Assembly (NCBI GenBank): GCA_049724395.1
Contig: JAUGWO010000091.1
Span: forward strand, 124,001 to 188,000
Direction of reading: 5' to 3'
Origin: Spongospora subterranea f. sp. subterranea
Taxonomy: Eukaryota
DNA length: 64,000 nt
Under the pieces are notes generated by a model. The model made no database searches and had not been told where the DNA came from. It saw nothing but the letters and a program-made list of their open reading frames with translations. The first letter of the stretch is position 1; every line of letters begins with the position of its first letter. Of the stretch, positions 37,854 to 52,095 are shown in pieces. Position numbers and translations under genes: made by a program.

Positions 37854-38855
37854 TGGGTATCGTCGCAAGAATCGCATCCGGCCATGATCAATCTCATATT
37901 CTGACGCGGCATCCGTCAATTGCATCTGAATCCTTCCTCTCAAGATTTAAGTGTTTTCAAGTCCACGGCGCTGATTACAATACCCCAATCGTTACAAGTG
38001 TATGTTTAGACAGTAGATAGACATGCTCAAGAGTATGATCACGGCGACTGGACTACTATACAATATTTCGTTTCAAGCGTACTGTAGAGAAACGTGCTCA
38101 GAAACGTGATCATCAGCCAAAGTCAGGTCCAATCATTGATTGTTGTTTGGGCAATATCTGGCTTTTTGTGATTTAGACCCAACTCTGGTGGAAAAGCATG
38201 AAGATATGTATTAAGGGAATGGTTACAGCACCGTCCCGGTTCATGAGCTATCCATGCATCGTATAGTCCAAATTGATTCTGAAGAAGCTCAAAATGTTCG
38301 AGACCCAGCCCAACTGGTTTTCTCACCGAAAACCTCCTCCTGGACACAAAATGGGCAACAAGGCAAATTCGGGATCATTGTCGGCAAGAGCAGCATCTGG
38401 CTCCACGGGAAGGTGATGGCCATCGAAATTCGGCACGAATGACGGTCACTTCCGTTATCAGGATATGAATGCTATACTGGACCAGTTGATGACCATCATT
38501 TTCTCCTAGAGAGGGCTGAACCTTATGCCTTTTCTGAAACGCCTTTTAGAAAATGCTCCACACTCCACATAGCACAAATGAAAAGCGACATCGCCTTGAT
38601 GCAACACTGATGGTGCGGAACTTGAAAGGCAGTTAAAAACTATACCGCTGCTGCAAGTTTTTGATTTACGCCGCTCAAATGTCAATGAAGTGATGTTCTC
38701 AAAAGAACGCACCGCTAGATTATCACGAAAGAGGCCGCAGGATAACAATTGTCGCGTGCTGTCCGTCAACATTAGGCTGGAGACTGGGGGCGCAACATTT
38801 CCACTGTCGTATGTAGGGTTTACCGGACCTGCTGTTGTGGTCATTTGTCAATTTA

Positions 38856-39444
38856 ATGTCGGGCATCTCTCGGGCACGCTTGGCCGAAGAACGCAAGGTC
38901 AGTCTACCGAAATTTTACGTCGCCGGGATTTTTACGAACTCTGTTTGTGTGCGTAGTCTTGGCGGAAATCTCATCCTCATGGATTTTTTGCCCGCCCTGA
39001 AAGGAACGAAGACGGCTCCACCAATCTTCTAAAATGGACTTGTGGTATTCCTGGAAAAGCTGGGGTATGGTATATATTGTTTGGCTTTGTCAGTTTTCTC
39101 AGATATCACAGACCGATTGGGAAGGAGGAGTCTATACCGTCACCGTTATTTTTTCCGATGATTATCCTTTGAAACCTCCGAAATGCGCCTTCTCCCCTCC
39201 AATATTCCATCCGAATATTTACCCATCTGGCACAGTTTGCTTGAGTATTCTGAACGAAGATAAAGATTGGAAGCCGAGCATTAGCCTCAAGGAAATTCTT
39301 CTAGGCATTCAAGCATTACTTAATGACCCTAATAATTCAGATCCAGCATGTGAAGCTCCATATCACTTATACCGAACCAACAAAATAGCTTACAGCCAAA
39401 AGATCAAAGCCCAGGCGTTGAAGTTTGCCCCCAAGTTTGACTAG
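38856..39444 (+). CDS. UBC9: SUMO-conjugating enzyme E2 Ubc9, 3 exons
   Basis: [65 protein letters not shown]. Confidence 0.96.
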
Positions 39445-39699
39445 CTTTGCACTGACGTAGTTTATTATATCTTTAAACCAGTACCTTCTCTGTGTCTAGA
39501 CCATGATTCCACATAGCGGAATGCGATTTTGCATACAGCGATACGAAACTACAACGACATCGTTGATGTTTTGCAATACAGTACTCACTCACAAATACCG
39601 ATTTGTTTTGCGGATTTATGCATGCAGCAATATCATCATAGGAGGTATTTCATCACAACACTATAACTTAGAAAGCATGTAATAGTAATGACATCACCA

Positions 39700-40230
39700 T
39701 GTCGCTGCTCAAATAGCAAAGCTTTCGGGCGAGCGTACATTTGCTTGGTAAGTAAGCTTTGCTATTTGGCAAAAAAAAACGTTCGGAACCCATTTTTATT
39801 GCTGCTGCGGAAATACCCGGCCAAATAGGTTATTCGACTTAAAAGGATTAAATTTTTGTGACCTAAGAGCTGCTAAACTTCAAAAAACTTTTCTGGATCG
39901 TATTAAGCCAACGGCCACAGCCGCTGGCCGTGCTCCGAACCTGGACAAAATCTTCCTTGCCAGCAATGTTTTCGTTGAAATGCTTGGCAAGTTTGTTATA
40001 GTAAATGTCGCCGGACTGGTCGGTCGCGACCGCTGCGTCCATGGTCACGGCCGAGTAGGCCTTTGTGATGTAAACGTCTTCGCGATGGTTAAAGTTTTGG
40101 CGCCCGGGACCGTGCCCACCGGTTGCTTCGAGTTGCACGTGCCGCTGCCTGACATTAATATTCAACAATTTTGGGTTCGCGCAGAAATTGTGCGATTTCG
40201 CAGATCAAAAACCAGATCTGCCGACCACTG
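39700..40230 (-). pseudogene. Myb/SANT-like (NAM-associated) ORF remnant typical of PIF/Harbinger accessory proteins
   Basis: NFNHREDVYITKAYSAVTMDAAVATDQSGDIYYNKLAKHFNE..RSTASGCGRWLNTIQKSFLKF fits F..ED..L..AW..VS.D..Q..FW..I..R..SL..RW..I..KF; premature stop; no transposase nearby. Confidence 0.65.
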
Positions 40231-40765
40231 TAGTGATTCGGTAAATATAGTGACGCAGTGGGTATTTAGATGCTCCACCAATAAAGGGTAAACAACAGGG
40301 TGTCATGGTGGCCTAGTGGAACGGTTGGGCTTCTCGTGCAAGTTAAGAGGAGGTGCTACCTCTGTTTGATAGTCGAAGCAAACCATCACTTCCACATTTT
40401 AAGCGAATTAGCGACCACGAAAGTTTTCGAGGGTTGGCGAAAACAATAAGTTTGCATGACGAGCGGCGTCGAGGATATTGCCAGCCTGAAGACTGTTAGC
40501 AAGGAACAACCCTCACAAAATGCTGCATGTTCCGCAATTGAGTACTTTGATGACTGACACAATCGACAAGCGACACCGCATACCCTGTGTAAATCGCACG
40601 ATTCGAGATATCGCGCAATCCACAAGTACTTCATCGTCAACGTCAGTCATTTTCACGGATCGTGAAAAATGACTGAAAATGTACATCGACTTCGAGTGTC
40701 AGCGCAGCCTTTCTGTACCTGTAATTTTTGCGCTAACCTCTCTCGACAGCGCAGAACAATTTGCA

Positions 40766-42316
40766 ATGAGTGATAAGGACGAGGATTTATTCGGATCAGA
40801 TGCCGATCTGGACGACGTCATTGGCGATGCCAAACCGGCAACGGCGACCCGTAACGACGAGGAAGAGGACCTGTTCGGATCTGATGATGAGCCAGAGCCA
40901 GTTGCAGAACAGGATCTCGGGACAAAAGCGAGTCGCTTTAATACTGGTCGCACCGCAACTCAAAAATTGCTAGGTCCGGCCAAGGTCGTCTTCAAACCGC
41001 AAGATAGCATTCGAATATCGAGTCCAGGTATTTGGTTATTGTGAGAGTATTTAGGGCTTAAAATCACGATATTCCGTTCTGATCGATGTGTGATTTGATG
41101 CGCCATATGAAGCCGTTGAATTATTGCAGTCGTGCTTTTATGTTCGCCATTTTGCTGTTAGACTTGGTTTTACGGTGGATCGAATATTTCTTGCTGTGTT
41201 TTAGGAAACAGTGCAATCTCGTGTTTGATAGTTCGTACATCTTTTTTTCTTCCATTAACGAGGACCGTTTAAGGCGTCGAAATGTGCACAATGAAACTGC
41301 CGTCGTGGCTGTCTGCTGAAACAGCTGAGTTTAATCCTGACGTTGTCCGAAAGACATTTACTGGTGAAGGTTCATTCACCCACCGATTAATTCGAGTACA
41401 ATATACTAAGGGTTGCTTTTTAGATGATAGTACCCAACTAGTACATAAAATCAGGTGGCGAATGACCACCGATGAACTTGGGCACAAATTCCGAGAAAGC
41501 AATGCGAGATTAGTAAATTGGTCTGACGGAAGTACTCAGGTATTCTACATTTGTTGGTAATATTTTGTCTCTTATCTCATCTCATAGTTGTTGGTTGGGG
41601 CACTGGTATTCGATGTCGTTCGGACTCCGCTTCCCAAAAACCTTCATTTTCTATATGACCAAAACGACGTTCTGCAGCAATATCGGACGTCATTCACCAC
41701 AAAATTGTTGGTGAAACCAAATCATCAAGTCCCTTCCCACGTCAGGAAAAGGCCGAAAGTAGTCCAAACACCAGTTCAAACGACAAAGAAGATCTATACC
41801 ATGAAAGATCCGGAACAAGAGGTAGAAGAAAAGATCAAGGTAATTTTCCCTGTGGTTTTTTCTTGCGGGCAAAGGTGCATACTACGGTTTATTTTATGCA
41901 GAGGCAGCGCTTGCAAGATTCTCAAGAACGCGCTCGTGAAAGGGTTACCAAATGGGTACCACCTCCAGAATCATTTTCGGCCGATTTCCTAGAATACTCT
42001 GAGGATGACGAAAGTAGCGATGAATCGCCACCACATCGGCGTATTGGCGAAGCCGAATCAGCTCAAAGATTACAAGCTGCAAAGGTCTCCGATCGGATTG
42101 TCAAAGGCAAGGCGGTCATCAAACAGAAGGTATATGTCCTTCACAATCGGCTATCATCTCGATATCAAATTTCTGTAGGAGAAGAAAGTGCAGGCTCCAG
42201 TTCCAGAAGAGCCAACGGCAATATCAGATGATGAAGATGATGAAGTCGAAGTCAGATATAAATCCGGAGCCGGAGTAAAGCGACGACACGTAATTCAAGA
42301 ATCAGACTCAGATTAG
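40766..42316 (+). CDS. LEO1: Paf1 complex subunit LEO1, multi-exon
   Basis: Acidic DLFGSD repeats, KLPSWLSAETAEFNP, KIRWR..RESNARLVNWSDGSTQ/LLVG..FDV, DPEQE..K, C-terminal RRHVIQESDSD*. Confidence 0.9.
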
Positions 42317-42450
42317 TCGCATGTGGTGGAACGTCGAGTATGACATCCATGTTCATGATAAACCGTAGTTAACATAATCAGGGTCATGTAGTTGGCGCTA
42401 TGCTTGATGCTGTGTACTCTTGATATCCTGTACTGATCAAGTTCTTTATT

Positions 42451-43765
42451 TCAAATGCGAACATATTCTGTAGCAGGCGAGGAAGGAACAAGAGAAGTCG
42501 TTGCATCGTCCTGCGAAACAGGACTTCGCCGGAAGGCGTATAAAAAAGCAGCCAATGTTACAGTGATTGCGACCAGAGAAGATATGAGCAAAATTAGCAT
42601 CGCATGCCCATCGTTGATGTGTTCTTGAAACATCTGCGTGTCCGTTATTTGCCAGTACTGAATTTCCTACTCTGAAACCGTAGCGCAGTATATTTCCATT
42701 CTGAGTTATTGCTTTTTTGCATTTCTTGGTCGGATTCTGCAGCTGCTTCAGGCATTGCATCAGTTTCTATGCAGTGGCAGTAAATATCAATCACAGCTCA
42801 GTTTTTGCTTTGATTTACCTCCCCGATATGCTGAGAGCAGTGGGTTTTTATATCGCCGTCACACTTATGTTCAAAATGATCATCTACTGCATCTTCGCAC
42901 GATTCTGAAAGATCATCTTCATGTGACTTTAAGCATTGATATAGTGAAACAGAACGCGAGTTTGAATCTCTGCAATACTGCTTAATTTCGTTCTTACAGC
43001 TACCGGAGAGTGGGTCGTGTATTGGAGCCATTTTGTTTATACACTTCGGCGCGTTGACTTCGATACATGAACGAAGTTCATCCATTGAAGCAACCTCTGG
43101 GCATGCTTTCTGGGCAATATCAACGCACATAAAAATAGGGCAATGGTTAACTGTTTTAGAACATCTCTTCGTGAGCGCATCCTTGTTCAAGTCGTCTTTC
43201 AGACACAAAACAGTATCCAAAAAGGATTCCTGTGCAATATAATATTTGTGTCACTCTATGTGGATACAATGCATAGAAGTTACATTAACCTTTTGGCAAA
43301 GCGCTTGCTCATCGCTGAAACATGGATGCTCGGCCCTGAAATGCGCCCTTTTTGCAGGGTGATCGTTGACACCGTCTTCGGAAGCACATTTTTGAGACAG
43401 CTCTGAACGATGCTTTAAAAGACATGCCACGATTTCCGCTGAACTCTGAGCGTCAGGACAAAATTTGAGGATATCGTCAGCGCATTTATAGATTGGGCAT
43501 TTCCTTATGGCGTGCGCACACTCTACGTTCGAAAAAAAACTGAAAAAGTACGACTCGGGAAGCACCAATTCGGGGTACCTTTTGATAGTTCTTTGTCGTG
43601 GTGTTCAAGGCATGCCATCACTTCAATTGGACGCTTAATCTTAGGGCAAAATTTACCGATGTCTGTGGTGCAAACGTTGCCTCTCATTTCCCAGTTTTGC
43701 ACGATTTCACATGAACAATAACGTAAAAGTGTTAAAAACACAATGTACTTCAACGGCAGCAGCAT
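42451..43765 (-). CDS. Type I membrane protein with ~6 GLG1/Cys-rich-FGFR-type repeats
   Basis: Signal peptide; repeats C..DI..FC....V.ACL..H..ELS..C; TM LILLISSLVAITVTLAAFLYAF; short tail ending YVRI*. Confidence 0.75.
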
Positions 43766-44760
43766 GAGGTCTTGAAACCCAATCCAAAGGAACCAAAAGC
43801 AGTACTAAGTTTCGGATCTTTCAAGCGTCGTCGCAGCAATGATATGATTATGAACCCACAACCTCGTCAATAATAATAGACGGGTCGTATCGTGTAGCAA
43901 CGATCACCACTCTGTGACTGTCATCGTCACAATTCAACAATCGACAATTTGCACGAGTGAGACAGTGAGACATCAGTGACTGTCGAGCCGACCTGTTTCG
44001 CGATCATGATCGCTGCAGCCCACACTGGCTGTGCTCTGTGTAACCAATCTTCGGAATGCGTTACATTACAGACACATGAGACATGACCGATAAAGATTGT
44101 AGGTTTTTTTGTATATCCTCGTTGAAAACACACGTTATAGATTAATATTCGTATTGCATCCACTTCCAATATCCTGTTCGGATTACTAATCATTCTGAAT
44201 CGCGCTTGAGAAAACTCGATCGACCCTCAACTCTCGTTTGCAAACAGCTTCCTGGAATCGTATAAAAACCAGCTGGGTTTGTCAAACGCAAGTACCATCT
44301 CAACTTATATAATACATGAAATCTGATGCATATTGTTGAAAAACCAGCTACAAGTTGATTGATAACGTCCCCGCCGCATTCAGGGGTTCCGGTTCAACAA
44401 TTATGTGGCAATGAATAGGTTCGAAAGATTCCTCTGCATTTTTTTACTGGGAATTGTGGTGATGTCAAGCCGTAATCAACATCTTGAGGTCGTGTTCCAT
44501 TCCGACGTCGGTCCAGAATGGTCTTGGTCGAAATGTTTTAGTTTCCAAGGCTGCGTGCGACTGTTCGTTCATCGAGGAGTTTTTCATGAAGAAAAACGTA
44601 TCAGTAACGTTCAGTTTCTTCTTTCAATGTGGTGTCAATTGAAATGATTGCGATTCCATCGTCTCAAGATAAGCCATGATTCGTTTTTCGTACCAAAGAT
44701 CTGGAAAAATCAATATCTTTTGTTACGGTATTCCAGGTCTGAAGAGATTTCTCCGCTGGA

Positions 44761-47567
44761 ATGGGGAATTTCTTGACCATCAACGCCACAGGAAGACAAA
44801 AAATCGAGGCAAATGCATTGCTTAGTGTATATAAGTGGAATTCATTGAAGAATATGGTTGAATCGTTGTCGATTTTTCGAGATGCCGGTCTTGAGGACAA
44901 CCCGGGAATGGATTTCGACGCGTTTGATGTTTGTTTTGGGCATTGGCTTGGCGATGTCGGTCCACATTATCAATTGTGGAAGGCGAGACCAGACGCTCAG
45001 GGAACAACTGACGCGTACACCGTGTTCGCTGGATCAGCCATCCATTGCGAACGGGAGAGCGTTGCTAGTCGGGTCGCGTTTATTCTTCAAGTATTCGATC
45101 TGAATGGATCAAATGATTTGTCCAAAGATGAATTACATATATGCATTACTGCATGTATAAGAGGTATTACAAGGTTCAAACTACATTTTCAACTTGTATA
45201 TATTTTCTCTATTTCTTTGAAGTTTTCTTTCACCGTTTGTATATCAAAGCCCTTTAGTCAGCCCTGAAAACGATTCTCAAAGCTATTCAACTTTGTTCAG
45301 GAATGTTAATCTTGGCTAGAAGACCGAATTGGGAACTGAAGAGCTGGCAGCTATCAGGATTCGTTGAACAATGCTTTAAAAGAATGTGACCTTGATCAAA
45401 GCGGGCGAATATCAGTAGATGAGTTCACGACATGGGTATGCGAAAAGCAAGAGATCGGTATAGTTAATTGACTCTTTGACAAATTTCTTGCTTGGTGACC
45501 ATCTGCCTTGTAGTGGATTATCTGGTCGAGTTTACCAGCGGAACTGATATGGGCAAAGCGCTTGCAAGAAGAGACCAGGTTTTGGCCAAATCCCATCGTA
45601 GAAGATTATTTATCATCTCTGGAAGATCAGCTTACTTTTTCTGGCATTTTAGTTATTTATCAGAGCAAACAGGACACGCTCTGCAATGTATCGGTTGAAG
45701 ATACGATCGCAATATTGAAGAAGACCCTTCCAGAATTTAACATGGATGACAAATGCGTCATGTGTATCTTCGGTTTGCTCGAGGATAAGAGTCGACCAGG
45801 ATATTCAACACCCGAGGCCTTTTCAGCTGTTGCTCGTTCATTGGTTGCCTTTGCCTTAGCTGATACCAACGGCAATAACCTCCTCGACTGGTGCGAACTT
45901 CGTACATTGCTTTGGCTTGTCTATGGTGCTGAACCGACACGAGCTCGAGTATTGCGAAATTGTTTGGCAATATGCCTGGAACGTTAATCATCATTTTAGG
46001 TCGATTCCGAGGTGCGGCAAATGTCAAGCAACGACAATCAAAAAAACGAATACATGACGTTGCCGCAATGGCTGCAGCAAATATCTACTGAGACTCGCTT
46101 AGACATTCTGATGGATGACATCTTCAACAGGTTTGCTTCGTTTTTGGCTGATTTTGATTATTCACAATGAAACTGAACAGATTTGACCCCTCTGGAAAAG
46201 GAGTGATTGATTTAGAAACCCTGAAATTGTTAACAGAAGAGCTGATGATTGCGAATGTGGGGCAAAGTTTGAAGCCCATTCCTTGTCTTGACTGACAGAT
46301 GTTGAAGGTCGGCGGCCGCGATATGATTACTGAGAAAGCTGCGAACTTCTTGCGGCATGCAGCCGACGCGTTGGCATTGGAGATCTGCGATATGACGGGA
46401 CGACGAATTGGCTCTTCAGAAAAAAGTGGGTTTTATGACATGAACAGACCATTGGATGCTTAACAGGGTGAAATAGCAAATTACACAGTGGAGTGGACGC
46501 AGCTAAAGACGACAATGCACTCTTTTGGATCACAGAGGTTGACAGAAATAACAAATTTTGCAGTGTCTGAGCATTGCGAAATAGTTGACCGTTAGCACAT
46601 GACTGCTTACCGCTGAAAACCCACTAACGGTGCACAGGTTACATGCATTTTGATAAAGACGGGTCGTTGAGTTTAAATTTATTCGAGATACAAGCTGCGC
46701 TTTATCAAAGGTCAATGCGAATTGAACTTTGCCCTCTTCACTAACGAGTGTTCAGATTGCAGCCGTACGTAATATGTGGCAGAATTTCGGCGACAACAGC
46801 GCGACGTGAAGCCAGAGCGACAGGCGTTCACATCCAAAATCACGCGGATATGGATAGAAACGGGGAAATCGACTTCTCTGAACTACGGGTTCAAAGCGAG
46901 CGGATTATCAGTGTCGAAACGCAAATGATGGCTCGAGTTTTGAAGCCGCGACAACCAGAGTTGCTTCTTCGGAGATTGAGGCGAGCCAGAACCAAACTGA
47001 ACGACGCAGCAGGATTGCTTAGCATGATCAAGAAAGATGCCTTTGCTGGCAAAACATCTAAAGAAACAGGAATGCTCGATAGTCAACGTTTTGAAGGGTT
47101 GCCCAAAATTAATGTATGAATGGGATAACATGAATATGTCGATAATGAACCGGTCATAGGTCGATATCACAATGGAAGCAATGGAGCAGAAAAATATGGA
47201 TATTGCTGAAACTTCTAAGTTTCCCGAGACAGATGGCCATATTGCAAGGAAGCGAAAAAAAAAATCGAAGAAAAGAAAGTCGAAGTCAGTACCAAATACG
47301 CCGAGACCTGGACATACTAGGAGCGTATGTGTCAGATTAGTTGCGAAGCCAAACGAAGCAACGCCGCAATCCATTCCTCATTCCATCACTGCCCAAACTC
47401 GCTTGATCTCATCATTTCCTAACAAGAACAATATCCGTTTACCTGGGATACCATATATGGGAACTGTTGTTGCTGCTAAAAAGTCAACAATACAACGGAG
47501 CCTTGTGGCTAAGCCAAAGACAATATCGCTATTTGAAGAGGCGCAAGCACAAACCTCCAGAATATGA
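44761..47567 (+). CDS. Multi-EF-hand Ca2+-binding protein with possible N-myristoylation site and basic C-terminal tail
   Basis: MGNFLT start; EF loops DLNGSNDLSKDE, DLDQSGRISVDE, DTNGNNLLDWCE, DPSGKGVIDLET, DRNGEIDFSE across many exons. Confidence 0.75.
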
Positions 47568-47823
47568 AGATACTAAATCAGAGGTAGCTTTAGACGTGCG
47601 CCAGATATATGCAATATACTGTTATCTGGAATGCCCCTTAGTAACACGATTTGAGATAACGAGAAATGGTTATTGCATGTTGAAACTCTTCAAATTACTT
47701 GATTAATTATATACAATGCGGATCGTAACAGCCAGTTGTAACAGTAGGATTGGCAATTGCCAGGGTCACCTAACCGTTGTATCGAGACTGAGACAATACC
47801 GATATCGTTTGCGTTTTGATTTC

Positions 47824-50800
47824 CTAAAAAAGTTGATTTCCTTTTCTTCTGCGGTCGTTCAGCAACTTAGAAAAACTGTTGTGTTGCTCTTCGATTCTTT
47901 TGGCAATCTCATTTTTCAAGCGAGAAGGCACCTTGGACGTATATATGTCCGCCGTCGCCTTTTCGAACTGAGTACATAGCTCAGACCATTGCGTGTAACG
48001 ATGATCAGCCCTGAAAATTCACCGCTTTAAACCACAATACTGCCGAATTTGAACTCGATCCTGACCTACGCAACAGATCTGAAGGAATTGGAAACGCTTT
48101 CACCGCTTTAATTCTGACAGTGGGATCAATTAGCGACCGAAGTCTCCGTCAAAATCGATAGATCAGCCATAGTAAAACACCTTTTGAGAAAAGATGATGT
48201 ATATTCTGGCAAAGGAGAAGGAGATCTTAGCAACTGCGTAATGACAGGATTAAACTGAAGAAGAAGATTGCAATCGAACGGCAGAACATGATGCTGGCGG
48301 ATTGAATCGAGCAATGCAATGGCAAAATGACAAATGCGTCGATCCGGATCGCGGACTACTGTTTCAGAATCTGAATTATCTGAATCGTATTGAGATAAAG
48401 CCAGCGACAGTAAACGCATGGACGACTATAGCAAACATTATATTAAGACTGAGACAGGTTTCGACAACAATGGGAGGTACATTGAAAAATGGCGTGATCT
48501 GATCTTCAACGGTCGCAGGTCCTTTTTGATGAATGAAATTACAACCGTTTCTCGCGACTATAATATAAACGTGCAGAACGTGTGGCGGTAATTGCCCCTG
48601 GTCAGACGCAAGTTCCAGCAACGAGATTGCTAGCTTGAGGAAACGAGTTCCAGTCTGATATGGTACTAGATCATAAACACTGCAAAAATTGGCCAACAAG
48701 CAATACCTGTCCTCGTTGGGCAAATTTCATCAAATTAGAAATTATGGCATTCCATTCGCGAAGTAGCGCCTTGTTAATTTCCGGTAATTTATGTGGCTGA
48801 TTAAACATATTGACGTACTGGTTGGTTAACCTCCCTAGAAAAGATAAGAAGACTCACTTGTTAAGAATTGGGCACAGATGTACCAGCAAGTGAATCGTTA
48901 ATGCTATCGTTATCGGTAATGAACATTTCTGAAGATGGTATTGTGCTGATTGACGTCTCGAGCAAGAGTATACGCACGACAGAGTTGCATTTTTCTAAAC
49001 AAAAATGAGAAACAAAAACAAAATTTTGACACAGAATAACATACTTCGGTGGGGTTTTACAATTACTTCATTCATGAGATCGAACAATCTGCAGGGTGAA
49101 TGCATTCGCAAAGCTTCAACACATGCAGACCAAGCCTCTTCAAGAGCGCCCTATTTTTTAAAATAAGAAACCATCCAAATTCATTAGATTACACTGAACC
49201 CTTTCTGCATCGGTCGTTACAATGCCTAAGCAATCTCTGGCTACAGCCGCTTGGAATAAGGAGACGATGAAAGGAAAATTCTCTATCATGAGGCGACGCC
49301 ACTCTGCTTCATCGGCAATCTGCGACAGTGCTTGTGAAGTGAATGAAGCGTTTAAACTTTGATCGACCGGACCCCCAAGAAAAAACCCTAAGCGACCGTC
49401 AATGGGTGGAGATAATTTTTTGCTGATGGGCTTTTCATTGGAATAGTTTTTGAGTATTGACATTGAGAGAGCACAACGTACCTAGAACGTTATACGCAAC
49501 AATCAGGATTGCTGCGTCGTTCGATTGAAACAGTAATGACAAAATGGGCCGATATGCAGTGGCGAATAATTCGGTTTTCGGTAAGTTGTGCTAAATCAAG
49601 TCAAACAACATTGGTGATCCCTTCCATAAAGATCGTACCTTTAAAATCTTGAGAAGGTGCATCCACGTATCGATTGATTTCATACGAACTGACAACGGAA
49701 TGTTGGAACAACGATCAGTTAATAAATATCTATAATGAGGTCGAAAATTGATATACGAGACAACTCAAGAATCATGGAAAAACTCACTTGACTGGATTGG
49801 CTAAAAGGAGAGTGAGTTGAACGCTGTGTAGATATTTCGGATGCGACGCAACAGCATCAATAACCACCATCCATGAATCAAGACAAGCAATTGAGATTTG
49901 AGATTGATTATGGCGAAGGCACGTTTTCCAAATCAACGCCATCTTCCTTATGACAGTTAGCGATGTTAATCACTGAAATTTTGCGAACTAAATTAAAACC
50001 TTCGCCCAAAAACCCGTGTCTGCAAAAACGTATACTCCCAATAGGCGGATGAAAACCTCCCAGATCGCTGGAATAGACTCAGCCTCTTTGACATCAGCAG
50101 CTCTCTGCTGCATTTCCCCAAGCCTCCTCTTGGCTAAGATTTGGATTTTCGACTGTTCAAATTTCTTTCACACCAATAGCAATTCCCTATTTACGAATTT
50201 CCAACCTTATATAAACGCTTTCCTATATCTGAATACGAAGGCCGGACTGATTTTAACGCAGCAATGGCAAGCTCCTGAACCTGTCTTTCATTGCCTTCAG
50301 AAAATTTGAAACAACAAACTGTGAATTTTGGACTACTTTGAGACTGATTCGTTGCCAAACACATAAGGGAAGATGACTGAGGCAGCGTTTCAAAGCAGGT
50401 CCAAATGAACATACAAGATATTTACCAGGAGCCCAAAGATAGCGCAAGGAGTGCATGGCTTCAGGAACAGATACCGCCAGATGGGAAATGGATTGCAAAG
50501 TTTCTTGAACAACCGACGGATTATCAGGGAACCGCGTATCCAGACAACTTATTAGGGCTGGAATCAACGACACCGATGCTGCTGATAGAAGATGTGGGCG
50601 AACACAAGACACAAACTAAACGGGAGCAATATTGATATATTTAGTATAAAACATGATAAGTAAAGGGAGATGATTAGTACCTCATGGGCAATAGCTACAG
50701 CGGTCAGGGCACAAGATTTACCATCTCCTTCCGCCAAAACGTAGACGAAATCTTTAAAAATCGACATAATCTAATGAAAGATGAAAACAAGGAGCTGTCC

Positions 50801-51073
50801 GATATTAGACCTGCCTACAGTGTGATCATCTAGCGCCCTAACAGTCTCGTCTCCTGACAGAATAAACGAGATGAAGCGGATCGCGTACTCATGCAGCGGT
50901 AATAACGACGAACGGCGCCGGCGTAGATCGCTCGTGGCCAGCGCTATAGCCGATGCTATCGCCTCCGGTTCATAACGATTTTGTGAGCCACCGCCCGAAG
51001 TAAGCTCCGCCAATACAGTCTCATATAGATCGGCTCGTGAATCCGGGTCCGTTATTTGACCCAATAAATTCAT
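47824..51073 (-). CDS. Multi-exon HEAT/ARM-repeat protein resembling the Rif1 N-terminal domain
   Basis: Helical Leu-rich exons with RADLYETV, SDL..AIRFISFIL, SVVQETLQSISHL..PEAM..LWAP, WEVFIRLLG, WMVVID; resemblance judged from memory only. Confidence 0.5.
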
Positions 51074-51669
51074 TCAGAAGACCCACTCGTCATGGAATCG
51101 CACTGGCACTTTCGATCAGACCTTTTGACGCGCACAATTTCTCGCCGCAACGGCAACCCCTCAGCTCGTTGTACAGACCTTTGACGCAAGCAACTTTCGC
51201 TCGCCACAACTCCGCAACTGCTGAAAATGTTTACCACCATCAACCCCTCTGTGCGCGGACAAATCTACCAGCTCCCTTGCGAAACTCGGAGGGAGTTGTG
51301 ACGTGTGAAAGTTGCTTGCGTCAAGAGATGTAACGAGGAGTCCGGGTTGCGAACACCCTAAGTGCGTACAGCAACCACGGTTGAGGTCATGGCCAACCAC
51401 ATATTATAGGATCATGAACAACCGCGCGCGCGCGCGGCCCAAGATTTGGGTTATGAACACCCAAACCTGAATATACGTAGAGTTAGGGCCCGACCACTCT
51501 TATTTCTGGGCAACCCAACCTCGTATGAGTTGTACACAACCTTCAATTGGATCACCAACGACCAGAATAGGGTCATCGACACCTAATGTCAAGGCAAATT
51601 CACCTCGCTAAGGAAGGGACGATTTTACATTGCAAATTTGTGTCTACTATGTTTGCAATCGTTTTGCAC

Positions 51670-51893
51670 ACCTTCGTATTATCCATTACCGAACATTGTC
51701 GAAAAGGGAATGTTGTGAAACGAATTCGGCTACAAGAAGGTCATGTTAACACTATTGATGTTGTGCTAGCGAAAATAGACAGCCTCAAAATCGCTGATAA
51801 TTGAAACAATCAGAACGATAACCGGTTCGCGTTCGGCTATAGTGAGCGCGAACCTTCGTATTATTCATTACCGAACATCGTCGAAAAGGGAAT
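51670..51893. repeat. Two 42-bp direct repeats bracketing a ~140-bp MULE transposase fragment
   Basis: ACCTTCGTATTAT(C/T)CATTACCGAACAT(T/C)GTCGAAAAGGGAAT at 51670-51711 and 51852-51893; insert encodes VVKRIRLQEGHVNTIDVVLAKIDSLKIA. Confidence 0.85.
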
Positions 51894-52095
51894 AATGATA
51901 ATTCATATATCTTGGGGATATTCAGTACATATTTCATTCATATGTATCTATCAAGCTCGAGGGCCGGGCCCGCCAATCTGCCCCTCCCTGGACCAGCGGC
52001 TCGACCAGGACGAAGGCGGTGACCAGTTGGTGCTCTTCCGGGAACGGGATTACCCCGACCTCGTCCTCGACCATGGTATCAAAATCTTACATTCT

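Noticed and set aside
51670..51893. CRISPR-like array (repeat-spacer-repeat)
   Set aside because: Only two repeats, a ~140-bp spacer, eukaryotic context and no cas genes; treated as a templated insertion.
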